DNA of 64,000 bases, from assembly GCA_963555995.3 (NCBI GenBank), contig OY821641.1, positions 3,680,001 through 3,744,000 of the forward strand, in the 5' to 3' direction. This DNA is from Vicinamibacteria bacterium. Lineage in GTDB: Bacteria > Acidobacteriota > Vicinamibacteria > Marinacidobacterales > Marinacidobacteraceae. The notes under the pieces were generated by a model. The model was not told where the DNA came from. It ran no database searches and worked only from the letters and a program-made list of their open reading frames with translations. The translations under genes were made by a program, and so were the position numbers. Below, one piece after another: positions 57,122 to 64,000 of this stretch. The first letter of the stretch is position 1; every line of letters begins with the position of its first letter.

Positions 57122-57967
57122 ATGATCGACATCAACGAGATCGGGGCGACCGCGTTTGTCATCGCGTCCATCCGCGCGTTGGAGGACGAAAAGCCGGAGC
57201 CCCTGTTCAGCGACCAGTACGCCAGGTGGTTCTCCAACGAGCGCGCGCGTGGCGCCGCGCGGCAACTGGACGTCGCCTTTCCGCCATCGACCACCATGGT
57301 CCGTTTCCGCACCCGCTACTTCAACGGCTTCGTCGAGCGCGGGATCGCGGCCGGCGCCCGGCAGGTCGTGCTGCTCGGCGGCGGCTTCGACATGCGCGCC
57401 CACCAATACGGCAATCAGGACGTCGCTTTCTTCGAGGTGGACCAGAAGGCCGTCCTCGAATTCAAGCGGGTGGTCGTGGAGCGGGGCGGACTCGCTCAGC
57501 CTCCCTCGCTCCTCGCCAACTACCTCGACACCGATGTCTCCGCCGGTCTCGCGGAACTCGGCTTCGACCCGGCGGCTTCCACGCTGCTCGTCTGGGAAGG
57601 GAACACCATGTACTTGCCTCCCGAGAGCATCATGCCCTTCCTCAATCGCCTCGCCGGTTCGATGCGGTCGTTCCGCATCGCCTTCGACTACTTCTCGCTC
57701 GACCTGCAGGACCGCGAATCCGTGGACCCCGTGGACCGCAAACGCCTTGAGGGGGTGGAGCGAGCGATGGGCGCCTCGTTCCCCACCGGCTTTGCCGACC
57801 TGGCCGTGTTCGAGAGCGAGACGGCGCTCAGAGTCGCCGAGTCGGGCTCGTTCGCGGGGCTGGCCGAGGAATACGGATACACGGACACGGTGGCCGCCTA
57901 CCCCGAGGACTGGCGCGAGACGCTGAAGCTCTATCGGTACTGTGTCTTGGAGAGGGCGCGGCGGTAA
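57122..57967 (+). CDS. SAM-dependent methyltransferase (LCM / YktD-like)
   Basis: GATA..RA.E, LFSDQYA, RTRYF, QVVLLGGGFDMRA, FEVD, EG..MYL. Confidence 0.9.
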   Translation: MIDINEIGATAFVIASIRALEDEKPEPLFSDQYARWFSNERARGAARQLDVAFPPSTTMVRFRTRYFNGFVERGIAAGARQVVLLGGGFDMRAHQYGNQDVAFFEVDQKAVLEFKRVVVERGGLAQPPSLLANYLDTDVSAGLAELGFDPAASTLLVWEGNTMYLPPESIMPFLNRLAGSMRSFRIAFDYFSLDLQDRESVDPVDRKRLEGVERAMGASFPTGFADLAVFESETALRVAESGSFAGLAEEYGYTDTVAAYPEDWRETLKLYRYCVLERARR

Positions 57968-57976
57968 CCGGGGACG

Positions 57977-58336
57977 CTACGGAAGCGCGCGGGCCATCGC
58001 CTGAGCCTCGCGGCACGACTTCGTGCGCCGGTAGCCGATCCACGTCGAGATGGCGGCCGCCGCTGCCGTGAGGCTGCCGTCAATCCGGTCGTCCCGGTTG
58101 TCGTAGTTCACCGTGAGCGCGAAGACCCACAGCATGAGCCCCAGATCTACGAGCGGCCACATCCGGCTGCTGGTGCACGGGACGCCGTCCGGGTAGGCGC
58201 CGGTCGCGTCGTAGTCGCTCTCGCCGGGCTTGGGTGGCCCCTGAGTGAGGACGATGGAACAGCCGCTCGCGAGGACCGCGAACATGAGGCCACCCGCCAC
58301 GAGGCGTAGGAGGTGGGGATTTCGGATGCGCAGCAT
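57977..58336 (-). CDS. Small hypothetical membrane lipoprotein
   Basis: Lipobox LASGC; CTSS..P.VD; C-terminal CR. Confidence 0.6.
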   Translation of the reverse strand: MLRIRNPHLLRLVAGGLMFAVLASGCSIVLTQGPPKPGESDYDATGAYPDGVPCTSSRMWPLVDLGLMLWVFALTVNYDNRDDRIDGSLTAAAAAISTWIGYRRTKSCREAQAMARALP

Positions 58337-58343
58337 GGGGTCG

Positions 58344-60062
58344 TCAAGTGGACCGGCGGAGCACGCAGCCGGGAAGCGCGCCGGTGAAGCGGCCGTCATG
58401 GATCACGGGCTGTCCGTTCACGAAGGTGGCCCGGATGCCGGTGGCCCGGGCGCGGGGTTGTTCGAGGGTGGCGTGGTCCGTCACTTCGCCTCTGTCGAAC
58501 AGAACGAGATCCGCGGGGAATCCGTTCGAGATTCGCCCCCGGTCCTCGAGTCCGACGATGTCGGCAGGCAGCGAGGTCATCCGCCGGATCGCCTCTTCCA
58601 GAGGGAGAAGCCCCTCCTCCCGGACGTAGCGCCGGAGCACCCGCGGGAACGCGCCGTAGGCCGCCGGATGGGGCGAGCCCTTCCCGTAGTCGTTCGCGTC
58701 GGTGATGAAGGCCACCTCGGGATCGCCAGCGAGTTCGCGGAGGCCGTCCTCGCCGCTGATGTCGAGCACGAACTGCCCGACGGCTCCGTCCTCGGCCAGC
58801 ATGAGGTCCGAGATGGCCTCGAACGGTTCCCTCCCCGCCGCGCTTCCGAGTTCGGCGAGCGAGCGTCCGAGCGCGTCGCGGCCGGCCTCGCTCCCCACGC
58901 TGGACACCCGGATCCGGTCCCAACCCACCGCCGAGACCAGGTTGTGCGGCCAGCCTCCGGGTTCCCAGGGCGGCCACTCGGGAGTGCGCTCCTCGATGTC
59001 CTTCCCGATCCGGGCCCGCGTCTCCGGGTCGCGCAGGCGGGCGAGCAACTCGTCCGGGCCGCCTTCGAGAGCCCACGGCGGATAGATCGCGTACATCATG
59101 GTTGCCGCCACCGGGTAGGGAAACATGTCCGCGGAGACTCGCACGCCGTCCCGGCGGGCTTCGCGCTCCACGTCGAGGAACGTGGCGAGCTTCGCCCAGT
59201 GGTCCCGGCCGACCGCTTCCGCGTGGCTGTGATGGACCCGGACCTCCGCGTCCCGGCCGATCCCGATCAGTTCCTCCACCGCCGGGAGCAGCGTTTCGCT
59301 CGATCCCCGCACGTGGGCGGTGAACACGCCGTCCGAGGCTCGCAGCGAACCCGCCAGTTCGAGTAGCTCCTCCGTCGCGCTGAACATTCCCGGCGGATAG
59401 ATGAGCCCGCAGGAGAGGCCGCAGGCGCCCTCTTCGAGGCTCTGTTCCAGCCCGCCGGCCATCGCCGCGCGTTCCCCGGCGTCGGGCGCTCCGGGCCGCA
59501 GACCCATCGCGCCGAGCCGCAGCAGGCCGTGGGGAACGAGGGCGGCCACGTTGAGCGGAAGGCCGCGCGTCTCCAACGCGGAGAAGTAGTCGGCGAGCGA
59601 TTCCCAACGCCAGTCGGCTCCCTCGGGTGTCATCCAGGCGTGCACGGCGGGAGCGAGGTCATGCGCCTCGCCGAACAGCGGCGCCGCCCCCAGCCCGCAG
59701 TTCCCGATCACCTCGGTGGTGATGCCTTGGGCCAGCCGGCCGGCGATGAGTGTTTCGCGGTCGGGCCGGCTGCTGGCGAGCACCAGGTCGCCGTGCGAGT
59801 GGATGTCCACGAAGCCGGGAGCCGCGACCAGGCCCTCAGCGTCCACTACATAGAGCGCCTCGCCCTCGGCCGGGACGAAGCGGCCGTCCCGGATTCCGAG
59901 GTCCCCGCGCCGCGCGGGAGCGCCCGTCCCGTCCACCACCAGAGCGTTGCGGATCCGGTAGTCGAGGGAGGCGGGGTGGGAGGGGCGCTCCGGGCCGCAC
60001 GCGACGCCGAAGAGGCCGGCGGCAAGCGCGCCGCCGAACTCGCGCCGGTTCAGGTCAGCCAT
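58344..60062 (-). CDS. N-acyl-D-amino-acid deacylase family amidohydrolase with Tat signal
   Basis: NRREFG, VVDGTG, APGFVDIHSH, QGITTEVIGNCG, GLIYPPG, HPAAYGAFPR. Confidence 0.9.
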   Translation of the reverse strand: MADLNRREFGGALAAGLFGVACGPERPSHPASLDYRIRNALVVDGTGAPARRGDLGIRDGRFVPAEGEALYVVDAEGLVAAPGFVDIHSHGDLVLASSRPDRETLIAGRLAQGITTEVIGNCGLGAAPLFGEAHDLAPAVHAWMTPEGADWRWESLADYFSALETRGLPLNVAALVPHGLLRLGAMGLRPGAPDAGERAAMAGGLEQSLEEGACGLSCGLIYPPGMFSATEELLELAGSLRASDGVFTAHVRGSSETLLPAVEELIGIGRDAEVRVHHSHAEAVGRDHWAKLATFLDVEREARRDGVRVSADMFPYPVAATMMYAIYPPWALEGGPDELLARLRDPETRARIGKDIEERTPEWPPWEPGGWPHNLVSAVGWDRIRVSSVGSEAGRDALGRSLAELGSAAGREPFEAISDLMLAEDGAVGQFVLDISGEDGLRELAGDPEVAFITDANDYGKGSPHPAAYGAFPRVLRRYVREEGLLPLEEAIRRMTSLPADIVGLEDRGRISNGFPADLVLFDRGEVTDHATLEQPRARATGIRATFVNGQPVIHDGRFTGALPGCVLRRST

Positions 60063-60071
60063 CGGGCGAAT

Positions 60072-60300
60072 CAAGGGACTTCCTAGTGCCCACCTCGCGG
60101 CGGTCAGATCCGTCGAGTTCGTCCTTCGGCCTTGAGCCAATCAAGGTGATATTTCACCCCATCCTCGGTATACCGGCCAGCGCGGTCGCGATCTCGCCGC
60201 GGCCTGCGGTCGGATTCCCGCGCAGAATCCGGAGGATTCCCTGAGCGGCGTTCCGAGTCGGCCGGTGTGTTCTTGGGTAGTTGTTTTGGGTAGTTCTGGC
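60072..60300 (-). pseudogene. Degraded winged-HTH domain (C-terminal HTH seen on Fic / ATP-binding regulators)
   Basis: Across frames: TTQ..ILRILRGNPTAGRGEIATALAGI / TEDGVKYHLDWLKAEGRTRRI*PPRGGH*EV; frameshifts and two stops. Confidence 0.6.
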
Positions 60301-60445
60301 CGTTTCCGGATAGCGCTCTCCAAGTTCGCACCGACCTCCATGCTGACGCTCTGATCCTCCCAATCTACAGCTTGGCTCACACGGCTGAGCGATCGGTTCG
60401 CCGAGTCACTTCTTTGGCCGCCAAGTGCACGTTCATTGCGGCCAC

Positions 60446-61183
60446 CTACTCGCGGTCACGCTGATCGAGGATACACCTCAGTGCGTGCCAGTCACCTTCC
60501 GTCGGCGACTGCGACCATGTGAGCTCCTGCGACATCGGGTATCCCAATCCTTTGTCGTAATCCGCGTGGTGGAAGCCGAACAAATGAAACATTTCGTGCA
60601 GGACCATCTCGTCGGTTCGTTCTCCACCCTTGCCGTATAGGGTCCCGTTCCAGTACTGGATACGCGCGCATTTGGCAGACGCCGTAAGCTGCACATCTGG
60701 AAGCACGGGATTCGGTTCTTGTTGATCGCTCACAAAGACGGTGATCCTGCCCTCCTCCCAGCCGCCCAAACGAGGGCAAGAACGCTCTTCCTCGAGTCGG
60801 ATCCCCTCTCGAATCATCCGGCGCTCGAGGCCTCTGTTGAACTTGTCGATCACCCGTCGCCGGACCTCCTGAGCGTGCTCCCATTCATCGTCCGCAACCC
60901 GAGCCCAATCGAAGTACAGCACGGAAGAGGGCTCCTCCAGAATCACCACGGGTTCGCCCCCAGAGTAGTAGTTCCGAGCTTGATCGTACTCGTACCCTGA
61001 GCACTGCGCAGGCTCTGGGGCAGGTTCCGGTTCGGGGGAGGGCTCCGGAGCAGACGGGGGAGGAGTTGGCGTCGTCCGAGTCAAGTCTCCGGAGTCAGCT
61101 CCACAAGCGGTGAGAACGGTGAGTACTGCAAGGATGAGAGGCCGTGTGATGCTGTCGAGCATGTGCGCCCGTGTGCAAATCAT
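60446..61183 (-). CDS. Putative zinc metalloprotease lipoprotein (metzincin motif)
   Basis: Lipobox VLTAC, Pro-rich linker, HEMFHLFGFHH, downstream PM turn; lower GC; start 61162 or 61183. Confidence 0.7.
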   Translation of the reverse strand: MICTRAHMLDSITRPLILAVLTVLTACGADSGDLTRTTPTPPPSAPEPSPEPEPAPEPAQCSGYEYDQARNYYSGGEPVVILEEPSSVLYFDWARVADDEWEHAQEVRRRVIDKFNRGLERRMIREGIRLEEERSCPRLGGWEEGRITVFVSDQQEPNPVLPDVQLTASAKCARIQYWNGTLYGKGGERTDEMVLHEMFHLFGFHHADYDKGLGYPMSQELTWSQSPTEGDWHALRCILDQRDRE

Positions 61184-61609
61184 GATGTGCTCCTTCCCGG
61201 GAACCCTTGCCGAAGTTTGGGCTTGCCCGTTTTTTGTGGACACGATTGAGTCTGGGACCCGGCTCGGAAGGCGTGTGAATCGGAGGCCGGCACTCGGTTG
61301 AGCGTAGCGTTTCTGTGGCTCGGCAAGACGAGTGAGTTGGCTGGCTTGGGGCCCCTGCTGCCGCCGGTGGGTGAGAAGAATGGGAGTGGGCTCGCGCTGG
61401 GTGCCGAGGTGCTTGAACAGCGCTTGGTGTGGGTCAGCTTCAGCGTAGCGCGCAAGGCCGGACCGGGAGAGGATGGAGTTGGCGGGGCACCTGCAGGATC
61501 GGGGCACCGTTGTCGTCGTTGGCGGTATCCAAGTGGACCGGCTGTGTGCTGTCGCGGGATAGGACGGTCTTTGTGGGAAGGTCAACGGCCGAAGTCCGGG
61601 GGGTCGCGC

Positions 61610-61770
61610 AGCGTTTGCCATTCCGTGAACGCGCGGCCTCCGACGGCGACGCACGAGTCCGAGCGGCGGCGCTACCCGACTCGCGACCGGAGCCAGAACA
61701 GCCTGGCGCCTGCGTTGCTCACGCTCGGCGACGACTGGCACCGCAACCACCACCGCCACCCCATGGGGCG
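61610..61770 (+). pseudogene. Fatty-acid (acyl-CoA delta-9) desaturase relic, 5' part, interrupted by IS
   Basis: VCHSVN..RRRYPTRDRSQNSLAPALLTLGDDWHRNHHRHP resembles the GEGWHNNHH His box. Confidence 0.65.
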
Positions 61771-61853
61771 TCTAGCCGGAAGTTTCGGGCCTGATTTCGT
61801 GTAAGGCCCGTATTTTGAGTGAGTTGTGGGATTTGGGTGTTGTCGTGTAGTGG

Positions 61854-63611
61854 CTACATTCGGTGTGAGACGTGGAGTAGATCGAGGGAACGTTGCTGGA
61901 CGGGGGTGGGGTTGGCGTAGAGGGTGAAGGTGGTTTCGGCGTCGTTGAGTTGCATGGTGTTTCGGGTGAGGGTGCCGAGATCGGCGAGGAGGGACCGGAA
62001 GGATTGGACGGGGAGGCCGTCGTGAGTGCGCTTGGTGGCGGCCTTCTTCTGGGCGGCGGGCGAGCGCTGGGCGGGCTGGACGACGGAGTCCCGGAGTGAT
62101 TCGGCGGCTTCGGGGTGGTGGTCGTCGAAGAGGAGGGTTGCGAGGTCGTTTCGCATGTGCCACTCGACGTAGTAGGCGAGCATGCAGAGGAAGACGTGGG
62201 CGCGGACGCGGTCGGAGCGTCGGTGGTGGATCGGTCTGACCTTGAGGTCGACGGATTTGAGGGAGCGGAAGGCGCGCTCGACGCGGGAGAGGTTCTTGTA
62301 GGCGCGGACGGTTTGGGGGGCGTCGAGGCGCTCGGGCTCGACGTTGGAGCGGATGACGTAGAGGCCGTCGAGTTGTTCTTCGGTGGCGATCTGTTCGCAG
62401 AGCCGTTCGAAGGAGAAGGAGTCGTCGGTGATGTCGGTCTGGAAGTGCTTGGCGACCTTGTAGCGGTCGATGACCTTGCCGACGCGGACGCCGATGTGAT
62501 CCTTTCCGCGGAGGGGGCGCCGTTCGCGTTGGGTGGCCGCCTGGATGGGTTCGAGAAGAGCTTCGGTGGCGCCGAGGAGTTCGTTGCGCTTACGGCGGCG
62601 CTCGGCGGCGAGGCGGGGGTTGCGGCAGACGATGAGGCGCTCGCCGGGGAAGTCGTCGGAGGTGACCTCGGCGAGATCCCGTTGGTCGAAGAGGGAGGGG
62701 TTCACGGTCCCGTCGGCGAGGAGTTTCTTGATGGTGGGGGCGCGGAGGGCGGTGATCCAGCGCAGCCCCTCGACACCGGCGAGGTCCTCGCGGATGCGGG
62801 CGGAGGTGAGCATGCCGCGATCGCCGACCAGGACGACGCGGGCGAGGCCGAAGCGGGTGCGGAGCTTTTGCACCTGGGAGGCGACGGTCCTGGGGTCGCT
62901 GGTCGAGCCCTCGAAGACCTCGACGGCGATGGGGCAGCCCTCGGGGGAGCAGAGCAGTCCGAAGACGATCTGGAGCTTGTTCTTCTTTCCGTCGCGGGAG
63001 TAGCCGCGCTGTGCGAGGGGGCAGTGGGTTCCTTCCACGTAGGTGGAGGTGAGGTCGTAGAGGACGAGGGTGTTGTCTTCGAGGTGCCGGCGGGCGAGAC
63101 GCTGTTCGATGCCGGGCTGGCGTCGGAGGAGCCAGTCCATGGCGTCGTAGAGCTCGTGCTGGTCGACGTCGCCGAGTTGGAGCATTTCTCCGAGGGAGGA
63201 GACGGCGGTTTGTGGGTTGAGGGCGCGTGCGGTGGCGAGCTTGGAGCGGGGGTCGATGACGCGGGCGACGATGAGGGCGACGGCGAGATCGCGGAGCCGG
63301 CTGGGGGCGCGGGCGATGAGGGAGTGGAGTCCGAGGCGTCGGAGGGATCCGAGGGTGGCGGCGACGTGTCCGTGGGGGAGGCTGCGCTGGCAGTCGAAGG
63401 CGTCGTCGGGTGCGACGAGGGTTTCGCCCTTGAGTCCTCTGCGGATGAGAGTGATGACCGGATCGGGCAGGTGGGAGAGGTTGCCGAGGGTCTGGTGTTT
63501 GACCTTCCCGTTTTCGCGGAAGGTTCGGCGCAGGAGGTGGGATCGGTAGGTCTTGCCCTTGTAGTGTCGTTGTGTTGTGGCTACGTGGACGGCGTATTTT
63601 CGCGGCGGCAT
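61854..63611 (-). CDS. IS1634 family DDE transposase
   Basis: LYDLTSTY, GYSRDGK, VGDRGM, YKNLSRVERAFRSLK, RPIHHR..RVRAHVFLCMLAYY. Confidence 0.93.
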   Translation of the reverse strand: MPPRKYAVHVATTQRHYKGKTYRSHLLRRTFRENGKVKHQTLGNLSHLPDPVITLIRRGLKGETLVAPDDAFDCQRSLPHGHVAATLGSLRRLGLHSLIARAPSRLRDLAVALIVARVIDPRSKLATARALNPQTAVSSLGEMLQLGDVDQHELYDAMDWLLRRQPGIEQRLARRHLEDNTLVLYDLTSTYVEGTHCPLAQRGYSRDGKKNKLQIVFGLLCSPEGCPIAVEVFEGSTSDPRTVASQVQKLRTRFGLARVVLVGDRGMLTSARIREDLAGVEGLRWITALRAPTIKKLLADGTVNPSLFDQRDLAEVTSDDFPGERLIVCRNPRLAAERRRKRNELLGATEALLEPIQAATQRERRPLRGKDHIGVRVGKVIDRYKVAKHFQTDITDDSFSFERLCEQIATEEQLDGLYVIRSNVEPERLDAPQTVRAYKNLSRVERAFRSLKSVDLKVRPIHHRRSDRVRAHVFLCMLAYYVEWHMRNDLATLLFDDHHPEAAESLRDSVVQPAQRSPAAQKKAATKRTHDGLPVQSFRSLLADLGTLTRNTMQLNDAETTFTLYANPTPVQQRSLDLLHVSHRM

Positions 63612-63618
63612 ACCTCGT

Positions 63619-63647
63619 AGCATTAGGGACACGGCGACTCATGTCAA
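63619..63647 (-). promoter_or_regulatory. Putative transposase promoter
   Basis: Minus strand TTGACA-N17-AATGCT, 7 nt before ATG 63611. Confidence 0.5.
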
Positions 63648-63743
63648 GTCATATTAGTGGCTGCATATTACATCCCGAAACACCCCTAACTCCATGACAC
63701 TCGGTCGCTTGGCCCGATTCAGGGCCCGAAACTTCCGTCTAGC

Positions 63744-63894
63744 TAGCGATAGACTGACTTGACCCTACTATCTGCTGGCCACCGTGTCGCGGCGTGGCCT
63801 CGTCCGGAACCGCCATCCGGTGCTGGCGCAGGTCAAACTTGAAGCTGGCGCTGCGCCGAACGACGCGACCCGACTCATCGAGTTGTGGCGGTAA
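63744..63894 (+). pseudogene. Desaturase relic, 3' part
   Basis: DLT(+1)YYLLATVSRRGLVRNRHPV resembles the desaturase C-terminus (IDxTYYxL..LGLV). Confidence 0.5.
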
Positions 63895-64000
63895 GGCGTG
63901 AGAGGAGGCTTTCGATGCCGAATCCGGTTTTCCAGACCGCGCATCGGATGCGGATGCGTGGCGAACCAGTATCGAGTTCCAGTTGGAATCCCGCCGCGTC

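Larger units (their letters stand above)
61777..63737 (-). mobile_element. IS1634 family insertion sequence, intact
   Basis: Perfect 15-bp TIR CGGAAGTTTCGGGCC (61777-61791 / 63723-63737); 6-bp TSD TCTAGC (61771-76 / 63738-43). Confidence 0.92.

Noticed and set aside
60084-60106. Second recoded TGA/TAG (Sec or Pyl) in the HTH fragment
   Set aside because: Stops fall at Gly and Trp positions, come with frameshifts and have no SECIS-like hairpin; pseudogene decay fits better
2054-63642. Long antisense or alternate-frame ORFs (e.g. 6774-9626, 20494-24036, 39739-42387, 28176-30437, 54750-56918, 62115-63620)
   Set aside because: Shadow ORFs expected from high GC3; they overlap well-supported genes and carry no motifs
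63916-64000. Gene start after GAGGAGG (MPNPVFQTAHR...)
   Set aside because: Truncated by the window edge; too short to support a call

Overview
GC-rich (roughly 70% by eye) bacterial chromosomal window. The VWFA protein, ASPIC/UnbV-TPR protein and split cytochrome b with a multiheme partner suggest Acidobacteriota (inference). Core blocks: tal-pccB-pccA-bccp-tamB-bamA/tamA-surA-like; an alternative sigma70 with a structured leader; amidase, PhzF, rnhA; an AhpD-like CxxU selenoprotein split by an in-frame TGA with an fdhF-like SECIS; ABC-F; TPR/FG-GAP/UnbV; three Cys-patterned secreted TPR paralogues; a trpL(WLWRW)-trpDCFBA operon lacking trpEG and ending in a DAHP-synthase homologue missing its catalytic residues; a Rieske/split cytochrome b/8-heme cytochrome c cluster directly followed by an A1 heme-copper oxidase; an amicyanin-motif lipoprotein; rpoZ; peptidases. 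The right end is decayed and accessory, with an intact IS1634 inserted in a desaturase relic. A two-hairpin REP family recurs, twice beside diverged 'ghost' copies of neighbouring gene 3' regions. No rRNA, tRNA or CRISPR array seen. All calls come from reading the sequence; no database searches were run.
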